Assembly (NCBI GenBank): GCA_017545245.1
Contig: JAFWPB010000060.1
Location: 1,182 to 65,181 of the forward strand
Length of the DNA: 64,000 nt
Direction: 5' to 3'
From: Clostridiales bacterium
GTDB taxonomy: Bacteria > Bacillota > Clostridia > Saccharofermentanales > Saccharofermentanaceae
Each line of letters opens with the position of its first letter. The first letter of the stretch is position 1. This document shows positions 18,571 to 29,525 of this stretch, piece by piece. Made by a program: the position numbers and the translations under genes. The notes below the pieces were generated by a model. The model made no database searches. It was not told the DNA's origin and was given only the letters and a program-made list of their open reading frames with translations.

Positions 18571-20472
18571 ATGGGAATGGGTGGTCCGGGCTCCATGCGG
18601 ATGGGTCCAAGAGGTTTTTTAACCGAAGAAGAGAAGAAAAACAAACCAAAGGTAGATAAGAAACTCCTTAAGCGGATCGCATCTTACATGAAGCCGTACC
18701 GCCTTCAGTTTGCACTCGTAATCCTGTCTATCCTGCTATCCGCGGTAGTCGGCCTTTTCCCTTCGATCATTACCGGAAAAATCGTGGACAAAGCGCTTCT
18801 CGGCGATGATATGGGACTTCTCATCAAACTTCTGCTCGCTGCTTTTGCCGCATTGACCGTTTCCCAGGTCATCAGTGTCATAGAAAGTTATATCAATGCC
18901 TGGATTTCCCAGCGCATCATTTTCGATATGAAGAACGAGATGTACCGCCATCTCCAGTGGATGCCGCACAGTTTCTTTACGACAGAAAAACAGGGTGACA
19001 TCATCACCCGAATGAACACAGATATATCCGGCGTCAGTTCGGTTATTTCCAATACGCTGTCCAGCTGCGTAAATAACCTGGCTACGGTAGTCACGACTCT
19101 TGTCGCACTCTTCACCATGAGTATTCCGCTTGCTTTCGTCGGTATACTGATCATTCCGTTATTGATCCTGCCTACCAGAAACGTCGGTAGAAACCGCTAT
19201 AAGCTTCTTACTAAGACCCAGGAAAAAAATGATGAACTGAATCAGGTCATTAATGAAACTCTCTCCGTATCAGGTTCGATGCTTGTAAAGCTCTTTACGA
19301 GAGAGCAGAAAGAATACGAGAATTTCGTGGAGGTCAATGAACAGGTCACGAAGCTGTCTTTGAAAGAGCAACGGAGTGGTAAATGGTTCCGTGTCATGAT
19401 GGGCATGTTTACCCAGGTCGGCCCGCTCCTGATCTACTTTGCGGGCGGTATCTGCATCATCAAAAAAGTCGACACGACGCTTACCGTCGGTGTGGTCACT
19501 GCCACAGTAGCACTTATCAACCGTCTCTATCGTCCTGTCGAGTCACTCATGAATCTTGGCGTCGACTTTACGCGTTCACTTGCTCTGTTTACCCGTATTT
19601 TCGATTATTTCGACCGCGAGAATCCTCTGGTATCTCCTGAAAACGGGGAGAAGCCGGATGTGAAAAACAAGGACATCGTCTTTGATCACGTGAAGTTTTC
19701 CTATACTCCGGAAAAAGAACTGCTCCAGGACGTGACGTTTACCGTTCCGGGTGGAAAGATGTACGCTATTGTCGGTCCTTCCGGTTCAGGAAAATCCACC
19801 GTCGTGAACTTTATTCCGCGTCTTTACGATGTGCTTGAAGGAAGCGTCTCGATTGCCGGTGTAGATGTAAGGAAGATCGATCTTACCTATCTACGTCAAC
19901 AGATTGGTGTCGTGACACAGGATACCTATCTTTTCAATGGAACGATCAAGGAAAACCTTCTCTATGCAAAAGAAGATGCAACAGATGAAGAAATTGAGAA
20001 AGCCTGTAAGATTGCAAGTATCCATGACTTTATCAGCAAGCAGCCTGATGGATATGAAACGATGGTCGGTAACCGTGGTTTGAAGCTTTCCGGAGGAGAA
20101 AAGCAGCGCCTCAGTATCGCCAGAGTCATATTAAAAGATCCGAAGATCCTGATCCTTGATGAGGCGACAAGTGCACTTGATTCCATTTCCGAGAATGCCA
20201 TTTCGGAAGCGCTGGAGGTCCTGATGCAGGATCGTACGTCGATCGTTATTGCGCACAGACTGTCGACCATCATGAAGGCAGAGAAGATCGTCGTCATCGC
20301 TGACGGACATGTGGCCGAACTTGGAACACATCAGGAGCTGCTGGAGAAAAACGGCATATATCGGGATCTCTATGAGACTCAGTTCCGACAGGTTCTTGAT
20401 ATGCAGGAAGCAATCAAACCGGAAAATCCGGAGTGGGAAGAGAAGAATATGATTCAAAATGATGTATACTAA
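18571..20472 (+). CDS. ABC transporter, fused permease/ATP-binding half-transporter (MsbA/exporter type)
   Basis: 633 aa. Six-helix TMD, then Walker A GPSGSGKST, signature LSGGEKQR, Walker B ILILDEATSALD. Gly/Pro/Met-rich N-terminal extension. Confidence 0.9.
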   Translation: MGMGGPGSMRMGPRGFLTEEEKKNKPKVDKKLLKRIASYMKPYRLQFALVILSILLSAVVGLFPSIITGKIVDKALLGDDMGLLIKLLLAAFAALTVSQVISVIESYINAWISQRIIFDMKNEMYRHLQWMPHSFFTTEKQGDIITRMNTDISGVSSVISNTLSSCVNNLATVVTTLVALFTMSIPLAFVGILIIPLLILPTRNVGRNRYKLLTKTQEKNDELNQVINETLSVSGSMLVKLFTREQKEYENFVEVNEQVTKLSLKEQRSGKWFRVMMGMFTQVGPLLIYFAGGICIIKKVDTTLTVGVVTATVALINRLYRPVESLMNLGVDFTRSLALFTRIFDYFDRENPLVSPENGEKPDVKNKDIVFDHVKFSYTPEKELLQDVTFTVPGGKMYAIVGPSGSGKSTVVNFIPRLYDVLEGSVSIAGVDVRKIDLTYLRQQIGVVTQDTYLFNGTIKENLLYAKEDATDEEIEKACKIASIHDFISKQPDGYETMVGNRGLKLSGGEKQRLSIARVILKDPKILILDEATSALDSISENAISEALEVLMQDRTSIVIAHRLSTIMKAEKIVVIADGHVAELGTHQELLEKNGIYRDLYETQFRQVLDMQEAIKPENPEWEEKNMIQNDVY

Positions 20473-20510
20473 ATAAAGAAAAAAAGCGTGACACAAAGAA
20501 AGAGTAAGAA

Positions 20511-20891
20511 ATGAAACTGCATCACATAGGAATCGCAACCCAAAGCATTCCTGAATCAATTGAAAAATTAAAAGAAACGGCCGAGGTCGGAAGCATAGGA
20601 GACATCGTTTTTGATCCGGAACAAAATGCAGAACTCTGCATGATCGAGATCAAAGACGGAACGAACATTGAGCTTGTTTCGGGAGAAGTCGTCAGTGGAC
20701 TGGTGAAAAAAGGTCAGCGTCTGTACCATCTTTGTTGGGAAACAGACGACATTGAAGCGCAAATCAAAAGCATGGTCAAAGAAGGCGGACTTATCGTCAG
20801 CCCGTTAAAACCTGCGGTTCAATTTAATCGTCGACGGGTCGCTTTTGTTATGACTTCGTTAGGACTTACCGAACTTGTTGAAGCGGAATAA
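20511..20891 (+). CDS. VOC (glyoxalase/methylmalonyl-CoA epimerase-like) family protein
   Basis: 126 aa. MKLHHIGIATQSIPESIEKL N-terminus and ...IELV...YHLCWETDD pattern are typical of VOC/epimerase proteins. Confidence 0.65.
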   Translation: MKLHHIGIATQSIPESIEKLKETAEVGSIGDIVFDPEQNAELCMIEIKDGTNIELVSGEVVSGLVKKGQRLYHLCWETDDIEAQIKSMVKEGGLIVSPLKPAVQFNRRRVAFVMTSLGLTELVEAE

Positions 20892-20913
20892 AAACGTTAA
20901 AGCACTTGGCTGA

Positions 20914-22005
20914 TCAGACGTTGAAGCGGAATAGAACGACATCTCCGTCCTTCATGACATATTCTTTGCCTTCAGAACGGACAAGTCCTTTTTCCTTAGC
21001 GGCTGTATAGGTACCGCAAGCCATGAGATCATCAAAAGCGACGACTTCCGCACGGATGAATCCACGTTCGAAATCGGAGTGGATTTTTCCTGCTGCCTGC
21101 GGAGCTTTCGTACCGTTCTTGATCGTCCAAGCACGTACTTCCTGCGGACCTGCTGTCAAGTAGGAGATCAGTCCGAGCAGTTTGTAACTAGCCTGGATCA
21201 TCTTATCCAGACCGGACTGGCTAAGTCCCAGTTCTTCGAGGAACATGGCTTTTTCTTCCGGATCCAGCATAGCAATTTCTTCTTCGATCTTCGCGGAAAT
21301 GACGACACATTCTTCGCCGGAACGGGAAGCAATCTCCTGTACGGTTTTAACATATTCGATATCCGGATTGGAAATATCACTCTCTGCAATATTTGCCACA
21401 TAGAGTACAGGCTTGAGAGAAAGAAGAGCAAGATTTTTAACGAACTCCATCTCTTCCTCGTCGAAGGTGAGGGAACGGGCCGGCTTTTCTTCTTCGAGTG
21501 TTTTTGCGATGCGCTCATAAAGGTCAAGTTCTGCCTGGAAAGACTTGTCGCCGCCCTTCATCATCTTTCTGACCTTATCCAGACGACGCTCCATGTACTC
21601 CATATCCGAAAGGATCAGTTCGAGTTCGATAGTTTCAATGTCACGCTTCGGGTTAGCACCACCATCAACATGAACGACGTTCGAATCATCGAAGCAACGA
21701 ACTACATGAACGATAGCATCTACTTCACGGATGTTGGCAAGAAACTTGTTACCAAGACCTTCACCTTTGCTGGCGCCACGAACAAGACCGGCAATATCTA
21801 CGAATTCAATCACGGCCGGAGTATATTTTTCCGGGTCATACATCTTAGCAAGTTCATCAAGACGGCTGTCTGGAACGGAAACCACGCCTACGTTCGGTTC
21901 GATCGTGCAGAAAGGATAGTTTGCAGATTCCGCGCCTGCTTTTGTGATTGCATTAAAAAGAGTACTCTTGCCGACGTTCGGCAGACCAACGATACCCAGT
22001 TTCAT
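20914..22005 (-). CDS. ychF: Redox-regulated ribosome-binding ATPase YchF
   Basis: 363 aa. [20 protein letters not shown]1 motif, [23 protein letters not shown]-terminal TGS-like region ending VLFRFNV. Confidence 0.95.
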   Translation of the reverse strand: MKLGIVGLPNVGKSTLFNAITKAGAESANYPFCTIEPNVGVVSVPDSRLDELAKMYDPEKYTPAVIEFVDIAGLVRGASKGEGLGNKFLANIREVDAIVHVVRCFDDSNVVHVDGGANPKRDIETIELELILSDMEYMERRLDKVRKMMKGGDKSFQAELDLYERIAKTLEEEKPARSLTFDEEEMEFVKNLALLSLKPVLYVANIAESDISNPDIEYVKTVQEIASRSGEECVVISAKIEEEIAMLDPEEKAMFLEELGLSQSGLDKMIQASYKLLGLISYLTAGPQEVRAWTIKNGTKAPQAAGKIHSDFERGFIRAEVVAFDDLMACGTYTAAKEKGLVRSEGKEYVMKDGDVVLFRFNV

Positions 22006-22182
22006 AGATGAAGACCTCGTTTCTTATTATCAATACTATTTAATAGGACATAGATTTACTATCAACGAACCCATATTATAGCACATTTCGTGCTTTTGTC
22101 GTGATTTGTCGAAAAATTCTCCAGTATGGAATTTTGAAAAGTCGTACAATGTCTCCACCATATAAAAGAAAGGAGTTTGTTT

Positions 22183-23763
22183 ATGACGCAGAAACCGAAA
22201 AATGCGAAAGTGAAAACCGTTTATCTTCAAGGCTTGGAAGGCTGTGAGGCAGAAGTGGAGGTGTCCATCTTTCAGGGCCTTCCGAATTTTGAAGTGGTCG
22301 GTCTTGGTGATTCTTCAATCCGTGAATCGAAGGAACGCGTACGCGCGAGTATCCGTTCTTGTGGATATACTTTTCCGAACCAGCGGATCCTGGTGAATAT
22401 CTCTCCGGCATATCTTCGAAAATCAGGATCCTCCTTTGACCTTCCGATAGCACTGGCGATCCTTCTTGCATCGGGACAGATCGAGAGCTTCTATTCGGAT
22501 ATCGTTGCTTATGGTGAACTATCGCTTACCGGAGAAGTACGCCCGGTGCCGGGAAGTATATCCCGTATGCTTGCTCTTTCGCACATTGAAAGCTCAATAA
22601 TACTGATTCCATTGAAAGACTGCCAGGAAGCGGCTCTTCTTTCCGTCGAAGTACTGGGAGTGACTTCGCTTTTGGATGCGATTTCGGAATTGATTACCCC
22701 TTTTGTTTCGCGCGACCATCAATATCCAATCTACAATCTTTATCCTACTTACTCTATGGATGAGCTTCCTGAACCTAAAGTTGACATTTCATGTTTACGT
22801 GGACAGCCTTCTGCAGAGCGTGCAATCATCATTGCTGCTGCAGGTTTCCATAATATGTTGTTTTCCGGCTCTCCTGGAACAGGAAAATCACTTTCTGCAC
22901 AGATCATACAAGGCATATTGCCGCCGCTTTCCATGCAGGAGAAAATCGAACTTCTTCGGGTGGAAAGCTCGCTTTCCGTTCTTAACCAATACGACCTTTC
23001 TTCCTGCGAACGGCCATTCCGATATGTGCATCACACATGTACGCCTTCGGCAATGGTGGGAGGCGGGAGAAATGCGCTTCCCGGCGAGATCTCCCGCGCT
23101 CTGCATGGTATCTTGTTTCTGGATGAACTTCCTGAATTTCCTGCAAAAGTACTGGATCTTCTACGGGTGCCTCTTGAAAGCGGAGAGATCGAGATATCCA
23201 GAAACTGTACATCCAATATATTCCCGGCAAGGTTCATGCTGGTTGCAGCAATGAATCCATGCCGTTGTGGTAAGTGTATTGAAGCTCCATCTGAGTGTAC
23301 TTGCACACCTTCCATGATACGCAGCTATCAGGCACATATCAGCGGAGCCCTTCTGGATCGGATGGATATTTACTGTTATATGCCGAGAATCTCTGAAGAT
23401 GCGATGGTGGAGACGATCCGTGCAGAACAGACTTCGAAGAGCAGGGAGTGGAGAAAACAGATCGAAGAAATATGGGAGAACCAATACCTACGATGTGACG
23501 AGATGGGTGTAAAGCGGGTTAGAAACGGAGAATGCAGGGAAGCGTCTCTGGCAGAACTGTTCCGTATAGGGAAAAAGGAGAGCGAGTATGCGGCACTTGC
23601 TGCCAATCAGATGAATCTTTCTGTAAGAGGATTACAAAGACTGGTACGCCTTTCCAGAACGATTGCAGATCTTGAATCTTCAAAAGATGTGAAATGTGAT
23701 CACATTACTGAAGCTTTATCGTACAGGATGCCTTTGAGCCGGGAAGACAAGGTGAGAGTATGA
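22183..23763 (+). CDS. comM: YifB/ComM family Mg-chelatase-like AAA+ ATPase
   Basis: N-terminal Lon-like domain (EVEVSIFQGLPNFEVVGLGDSSIRESKERVRASI), Walker A GSPGTGKS, ILFLDELPEF Walker B. AAAGGAG RBS favours ATG 22183 over ORF-track 22177. Confidence 0.9.
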   Translation: MTQKPKNAKVKTVYLQGLEGCEAEVEVSIFQGLPNFEVVGLGDSSIRESKERVRASIRSCGYTFPNQRILVNISPAYLRKSGSSFDLPIALAILLASGQIESFYSDIVAYGELSLTGEVRPVPGSISRMLALSHIESSIILIPLKDCQEAALLSVEVLGVTSLLDAISELITPFVSRDHQYPIYNLYPTYSMDELPEPKVDISCLRGQPSAERAIIIAAAGFHNMLFSGSPGTGKSLSAQIIQGILPPLSMQEKIELLRVESSLSVLNQYDLSSCERPFRYVHHTCTPSAMVGGGRNALPGEISRALHGILFLDELPEFPAKVLDLLRVPLESGEIEISRNCTSNIFPARFMLVAAMNPCRCGKCIEAPSECTCTPSMIRSYQAHISGALLDRMDIYCYMPRISEDAMVETIRAEQTSKSREWRKQIEEIWENQYLRCDEMGVKRVRNGECREASLAELFRIGKKESEYAALAANQMNLSVRGLQRLVRLSRTIADLESSKDVKCDHITEALSYRMPLSREDKVRV

Positions 23764-24935
23764 GCGTAAACAATAGTCTTAGCGCTGATCTTTTCTGTTC
23801 ACTTCTTATGAGTAATAAGATAATGTCGGCTCTTCAGATCCGACGCTTGCTGGATAAGCTGAAGATCAAATCCTTACTGGACTTCTTTACTGAAAGAGAG
23901 TCGATCCTTTCCAAGGTAAATCTGACAGTGGATCAATTTGAGAAATGGGAAAAGTTCAAGGAATTGCCAGCACATACCCGGCATAGTGAATATGCAGAGT
24001 ATGTGCAGAACAAGAATATAACTTCGGTCAATATTCTGGACCCGGATTATCCGGAGTATTTGAAGTCACTGAATAATATGCCTTTGATCCTCTATATGAG
24101 AGGTGATCCTCAGCTGCTTTCCAAGCAAAAGTCGCGCATATCCATAGTGGGTACGAGGAGACCTTCAAGCTATGGGAGAAAAGTGACCCGGGAGTTTTCG
24201 CGGGAACTCGCTATGCATGAGGTCGTGATCGTAAGCGGGTTAGCGCGTGGCGTGGATGGTATCGCGCATAGTGCCTGCCTGGAAGCCGGAGGAAAGACGA
24301 TTGCCGTCCTGCCTTGTGGCTTGGACATGGTTTATCCACCGGATCATATGGATCTTTTCCATGAGATTGCAAGAAACGGGCTTCTTCTTTCTGAACTTCC
24401 ACCAAGTGCAAAAGCAATAAGACAGTATTTCCCTGCGAGAAACAGGATCCTGTCTGCGCTTTCGGATTGCGTTCTGATCACGGAAGCAGGAGAAAAAAGC
24501 GGGACTCTCCACACGGCAAGTTTTGCGGCGGCGCAGGGAAAGGAAGTGTTTGTAGTTCCGAATACGATCTATTCGGATACGGGAAAAGGCAACCTTGCCC
24601 TGATGAAAGATGGTGCGATGATTGCGACAGAACCGGAGGATATACTGACGTTTCTGGCCGGAGCAGTATTCTTCCGAGAAATCGATGAGATAAAGGATGA
24701 ATGGAAAATGAAGAAACTGAAAGAAAAGATCAGTCAGGATCCTGACCTTCTCGAGAGCAGTGAAGTACGTATGTTGATCACGGAAGTTTTGATGTCACAG
24801 GAGCTGCGTGCTGATGAGATTTCCAAAGAAACAGAGCTTCCATATACAAAGGTGATAACTGAATTGGGAAGGATGGAGATCGAAGGTCAGGTCGTTTCGG
24901 AAAACCAAAAATACATTTTGACAATTCGCTTATAA
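23760..24935 (+). CDS. dprA: DNA-processing protein DprA (Smf)
   Basis: 391 aa. VGTRRPSSYGRKVTREFSRELAMHEVVIVSGLARGVDGIAHSACLEAGGKTIAVLPCGLDMVYP Rossmann-like core. Start overlaps the comM stop. Confidence 0.9.
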   Translation: MSVNNSLSADLFCSLLMSNKIMSALQIRRLLDKLKIKSLLDFFTERESILSKVNLTVDQFEKWEKFKELPAHTRHSEYAEYVQNKNITSVNILDPDYPEYLKSLNNMPLILYMRGDPQLLSKQKSRISIVGTRRPSSYGRKVTREFSRELAMHEVVIVSGLARGVDGIAHSACLEAGGKTIAVLPCGLDMVYPPDHMDLFHEIARNGLLLSELPPSAKAIRQYFPARNRILSALSDCVLITEAGEKSGTLHTASFAAAQGKEVFVVPNTIYSDTGKGNLALMKDGAMIATEPEDILTFLAGAVFFREIDEIKDEWKMKKLKEKISQDPDLLESSEVRMLITEVLMSQELRADEISKETELPYTKVITELGRMEIEGQVVSENQKYILTIRL

Positions 24936-24986
24936 TGAATTATATATAATAAATGTCAGAAATTTACTTTTAGGAGAATACTTTAG

Positions 24987-27182
24987 ATGAGCAAGAATTT
25001 AGTGATCGTTGAGTCTCCGGCAAAGGCGAAGACCATCGGACGATATCTTGGAAAAGAATACAAGATCACCGCTTCTGTCGGACATATACGTGATTTGCCG
25101 TCTTCTACAATGGGCGTTGACGTGAAGCACGATTTCAAGCCCACATATATCAACATGCGAGGAAAGGAAAAGGTCATCCGCGAACTGAAGGATCTCGCTG
25201 GTAGTGCAGAGAAAGTATTTATCGCAACCGACCCTGACCGCGAAGGAGAAGCCATTGCCTGGCATATTGCCAAGGTATTAAATATAGATCTCGATGAGGA
25301 TTGCCGTATTTCCTTTAATGAGATCACGGAAAAAGCAATCAAGAATGCGATCCTTTCTCCAAGAAAGATCGATGTGGATCTGGTAAATGCACAACAGGCG
25401 CGTCGTGTTCTGGACAGACTTGTAGGATATGAGTTAAGCCCGCTTCTTTGGACAAAAGTACGTAAGGGCCTTTCTGCAGGCCGTGTTCAGTCTGTTGCTA
25501 CAAAACTTGTTGTCGATCGTGAGAAAGAAATCAATGCTTTTAAGCCGGAAGAATACTGGAATGTGAATGTGGAATTATCTCCGATCGATTCCGGATTCCC
25601 GTTTAAAGCCCGCTATCACGGCGAGAAAAAGGGAGAGAAGATTGAGAAAGTCAAACTCTCCAATAAGGAAGAAACAGATGCACTTCTGGCTTCTTTAAAT
25701 GGCGGGGAATACTTTGTTGATACAGTCAAGAAAGGAAGAAAGCACAGACAGCCGTTTGCTCCGTTTACTACGAGTACGCTGCAACAGGAAGCTTCAAGAC
25801 GTATCAGCTTTACCTCCAGAAAAACCATGAGTGTTGCCCAACAGCTCTATGAAGGTGTTGAGATTGCAGGCCAGGGCCAGATCGCTTTGGTATCCTACAT
25901 TCGTACGGACTCCGTTCGTGTTTCGGATGAGGCCATGGCGGCAGCGAGAAGTTTGATTGCTGAGAAATATGGCGAGAAGTATCTTCCGAAGGCACCGAGA
26001 AAATTCTCGAATAAAAACTCTGCACAGGACGCACACGAAGCAATCCGTCCGACACATTTTGAATTAAACCCAGAATCGATCAAGAGTTCCTTGTCTCTTG
26101 ACCAGTACAAGCTCTATAAGCTCATTTGGGACCGCTTCCTGTCATCTCAGATGGCATCTGCAGAAGTGGATACGGTTTCTTTGGACGTGCGTTGTAATTC
26201 TTCGATTTTCCGTACGCAAGGTGAGACGATCAAATTCCAGGGATTCCTTGCAGCTTATGCTGATCTGAACGATGAAACGACTGATGACGATAAGAATACG
26301 AAGGCGAAACTTCCGGAACTTGCTGAAAATCAGCAGTTAAAACTTATCGATCTCACATCAGAACAGAAGTTTACCATGCCACCTCCGAGATTCACGGAAG
26401 CCACGCTCATCAAGATGCTGGAAGAAAAGGGAATTGGTCGTCCGTCAACCTATGCGCCGACTATTTCCACGATCCTTGAGCGTAACTATATCAGCAAGGA
26501 TGGCAAAGCACTTTGCCCGACAGAATTGGGAAATGTTGTTACGGATCTTCTGACTGATCATTTTGCCGAGATCGTAGATGTTTCGTTTACTGCGGATATG
26601 GAAACGAAACTCGACCAGATCGAACTGGGAAAGAAAGACTGGGTCAAGGTCCTTTCTGAGTTCTATCCACCGTTCCACGAGTTGATCCTGAAGGCCGGAG
26701 AGGCAGTCTCGAAAGTCAAGATGGCTGAAAAGCAGACAGGTGAGAAATGTCCGGAGTGCGGGAATGACCTTGTTATCAAGGAAGGTCGTTATGGTCAGTT
26801 TGTTGCCTGCTCTCATTTCCCGGAGTGCAAGTATACCAAGAATATCGAAGTGTCAGTCAAGGGCAGCTGTCCTCTGTGCGGCAGCGGTCTTGTTTCCCAT
26901 CGTTCAACAAAGTACAAGGGACGTACATTCTATACCTGCGATAAGAAAGGCAGCAATGCAGATTGCGGATTCATAAGCTGGGATCTGCCGATCGAGGGAC
27001 AGAAGTGTGATACTTGTGGTAGTTACATGGTTTGGAAGAGATTCCGTGGACGCGCGTATCCGAAGTGCGCGAATGCCAACTGTCCGAAGAATGCTACCAA
27101 AAAGAGTACAAAAGCTTCTCAAGCAGACAATGCATCTTCCGACACGAAGAAATCTAAGAGTAAAAGTAGTAAAGAGGAGTAG
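24987..27182 (+). CDS. topA: DNA topoisomerase I
   Basis: 731 aa. Toprim LVIVESPAKAKTIGRYLG, DPDREGEAIAWH, and three C-terminal Cys4-type zinc ribbons (CPECGNDL..., CPLCGSGL..., CDTCGSYM...). Confidence 0.95.
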   Translation: MSKNLVIVESPAKAKTIGRYLGKEYKITASVGHIRDLPSSTMGVDVKHDFKPTYINMRGKEKVIRELKDLAGSAEKVFIATDPDREGEAIAWHIAKVLNIDLDEDCRISFNEITEKAIKNAILSPRKIDVDLVNAQQARRVLDRLVGYELSPLLWTKVRKGLSAGRVQSVATKLVVDREKEINAFKPEEYWNVNVELSPIDSGFPFKARYHGEKKGEKIEKVKLSNKEETDALLASLNGGEYFVDTVKKGRKHRQPFAPFTTSTLQQEASRRISFTSRKTMSVAQQLYEGVEIAGQGQIALVSYIRTDSVRVSDEAMAAARSLIAEKYGEKYLPKAPRKFSNKNSAQDAHEAIRPTHFELNPESIKSSLSLDQYKLYKLIWDRFLSSQMASAEVDTVSLDVRCNSSIFRTQGETIKFQGFLAAYADLNDETTDDDKNTKAKLPELAENQQLKLIDLTSEQKFTMPPPRFTEATLIKMLEEKGIGRPSTYAPTISTILERNYISKDGKALCPTELGNVVTDLLTDHFAEIVDVSFTADMETKLDQIELGKKDWVKVLSEFYPPFHELILKAGEAVSKVKMAEKQTGEKCPECGNDLVIKEGRYGQFVACSHFPECKYTKNIEVSVKGSCPLCGSGLVSHRSTKYKGRTFYTCDKKGSNADCGFISWDLPIEGQKCDTCGSYMVWKRFRGRAYPKCANANCPKNATKKSTKASQADNASSDTKKSKSKSSKEE

Positions 27183-27185
27183 AAG

Positions 27186-28517
27186 ATGAACGAACCGGTA
27201 GTGACGATCATCGGCGCAGGACTGGCCGGCTCTGAAGCGGCATGGCAGGTGGCGCGTCATGGGGTGAAGGTACGTCTTTATGAGATGAAGCCTGTCCGAA
27301 AGAGTCCTGCACACCACACGGAGCAGTTCGCTGAGCTGGTTTGCAGTAATTCACTTCGTTCCAACCAATTAGAAAATGGTGTTGGTCTTCTGAAAGAAGA
27401 ACTTCGTATATTAGGCTCCTTGATCATGGAATCGGCTGATAAGGCGCAGGTTCCTGCGGGCGGAGCTTTGGCTGTTGACCGTGAAGAGTTCTCCGGTTAC
27501 ATCACCGAGAAGATAAAAGAACATCCGCTTATTGAAGTTGTATACGATGAAATCAAAAAGATTCCGGATGATGGTATTGTTATTGTTGCAACTGGTCCAC
27601 TCACGGATGGTGATCTTTACGATGATATTATGACCAAGATTGGTCAGAAGGATATGCACTTCTTTGATGCTGCCGCTCCGATCGTGATGGAATCAAGTAT
27701 CGACCGCTCGATTTGTTTTGCCATGTCGCGATATGGTAAAGGCGGAGATGACTATTTAAACTGCCCGATGAACGAAGAAGAGTATCGTCGTTTCTATGAA
27801 GCTTTGGTTTCTGCAGAACTTGCTGATGTCAAAGGCTTTGATAAAGAAACTGTTTTTGAAGGCTGTATGCCAATCGAGACGATGGCCAAGCGCGGCTACG
27901 ATACTATGCGTTTCGGACCTTTGAAACCTGTAGGACTCATTGACCCAAGAACAGGGAAGGAGCCATATGCCTGCGTACAACTGCGTCAGGATGATAGAAT
28001 GGCTTCTATCTACAACATTGTCGGCTTTCAGACCAGACTCAAATTCCCGGAGCAAAAGCGTGTTTTCAGCATGATCCCGGGACTTGAAAATGCTGAGTTT
28101 ACGCGGATGGGAGTCATGCACAGGAATACATATATTGAATCTCCCAAACTTCTGGATGCTTCTTATCGGCTTCGTGAAGATCCGAGAGTGTTCTTCGCAG
28201 GGCAGATCACAGGCGTAGAAGGATATATCGAGTCAACTGCATCCGGCTACCTTGCCGGTTATTATGCTGCATCGCAGGTCAGAGAGGATATGGATCCGGT
28301 TTCTTTTAGCGCTGAAACCATGATCGGAGCAATGGCTGCTTATATTTCTGATCCGAATGTCAAACACTTTGTTCCGATGAATGCAAACTTCGGACTGGTG
28401 GCTCCTTTGGGTTACAAAGTGAAAGGAAAGAAAAAAGAAAAGAATCTTGCCTATGCAGAGCGTGCGATTGCTGAAGTGTGCAAGAATAAAGAAACGATGG
28501 AGAATTTTTGGAAATGA
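27186..28517 (+). CDS. trmFO: Methylenetetrahydrofolate--tRNA-(uracil54-C5)-methyltransferase TrmFO
   Basis: 443 aa. FAD motif IIGAGLAGSEAAWQ, ELVCSNSLRS, FAGQITGVEGYIESTASG. Classic dprA-topA-trmFO order. Confidence 0.95.
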   Translation: MNEPVVTIIGAGLAGSEAAWQVARHGVKVRLYEMKPVRKSPAHHTEQFAELVCSNSLRSNQLENGVGLLKEELRILGSLIMESADKAQVPAGGALAVDREEFSGYITEKIKEHPLIEVVYDEIKKIPDDGIVIVATGPLTDGDLYDDIMTKIGQKDMHFFDAAAPIVMESSIDRSICFAMSRYGKGGDDYLNCPMNEEEYRRFYEALVSAELADVKGFDKETVFEGCMPIETMAKRGYDTMRFGPLKPVGLIDPRTGKEPYACVQLRQDDRMASIYNIVGFQTRLKFPEQKRVFSMIPGLENAEFTRMGVMHRNTYIESPKLLDASYRLREDPRVFFAGQITGVEGYIESTASGYLAGYYAASQVREDMDPVSFSAETMIGAMAAYISDPNVKHFVPMNANFGLVAPLGYKVKGKKKEKNLAYAERAIAEVCKNKETMENFWK

Positions 28518-29383
28518 AGTTAGGTAGAATACAATTTGAAGACGGGATCAAGCCAGCTGTCAGTGGCGGATTCTGGAGAACTTTCGGTCGTAACTGGAGT
28601 AGATTGATATCCTGTAATGCACTCTTCTTGATTTGTAATATTATCTCCATGTTTATTGCGTTTTTCATGGTGCTGACGATGTTTCCGTTCCTGTTCAAGA
28701 TATTCCTTTTTGAGAATTTTAAGGATTTTCTTGTTTCTAACGGTATGTTTACGCTCGAAGAGGCTACCGATGAGGCCGTTAACAGCATTTATTATCTGGT
28801 CAGCCTGATCTGTGAGATGTCACTTGTCGGTTTTCTTCTGATCATAAATGGTCCGATCCAATGTGGAATCTGTTATTACATGAGAAACATGATAACCGGA
28901 GATGCGTCTTTCAAGGCTGATTTCAAGAAAGGCGTGAAAGAAAACTGGAAGAAGGGACTTGGCGCCAGCATCATTTCGCTTCTTGTGACAGTTATACTGA
29001 TCTTTAATATCGGATATTACAAGAACGTCAGTTCCGGAACGGTCACGCTGTTCGTGCAGGGTTTCTTTATCTGGTGCCTTGTTTTCTGGTCTTGTCTGCA
29101 ATTATATGTCTATCCGCTGATTGCATGTACCAAGCTTTCTTTGAAAGATGTATACCGTAATGCAGCGCTTTTCTTCTTGAAGAAGTTCTTCTCGACACTG
29201 GGTATTTTCCTGATCCAGATGGTTCTCTTTTTCGGTCTGCCATTTGTCCTGATCTTCTTAGTGAGTCAGGTCGGATATGCCATCGCCATGCTGTTTTATA
29301 TCCTTTTTTCGTTTGGTTTTGTTATTTTCCTGGGAACCTATCAGTCCTGGAAACTCATTCAGAAATACGTCAAAGAACAATAA
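28508..29383 (+). CDS. YesL/DUF624-like polytopic membrane protein
   Basis: 291 aa. GGFWRTFGRNWSRLISCNALFLICNI followed by ~6 hydrophobic helices. Overlaps trmFO by 10 nt. Confidence 0.5.
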   Translation: MEMKLGRIQFEDGIKPAVSGGFWRTFGRNWSRLISCNALFLICNIISMFIAFFMVLTMFPFLFKIFLFENFKDFLVSNGMFTLEEATDEAVNSIYYLVSLICEMSLVGFLLIINGPIQCGICYYMRNMITGDASFKADFKKGVKENWKKGLGASIISLLVTVILIFNIGYYKNVSSGTVTLFVQGFFIWCLVFWSCLQLYVYPLIACTKLSLKDVYRNAALFFLKKFFSTLGIFLIQMVLFFGLPFVLIFLVSQVGYAIAMLFYILFSFGFVIFLGTYQSWKLIQKYVKEQ

Positions 29384-29525
29384 GCAGCATTCCCGAAGAC
29401 CGACGGAAACGGCCGTTTTTGCTTGAGCGGCTTCAACAATAGAACTTTCAGAAATCAAGTGATATGTACTTTTTCAGGCTTTTGGGCTAAAATGAAATAT
29501 AATCTTTTTTGTGAGGAACATGCTT

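Noticed and set aside
22183-24935. comM (AAA+) plus dprA considered as a defence-type or mobile-element ATPase module
   Set aside because: Both have the canonical ComM/YifB and DprA motifs. They sit in the widely conserved comM-dprA-topA-trmFO housekeeping and competence-related arrangement.
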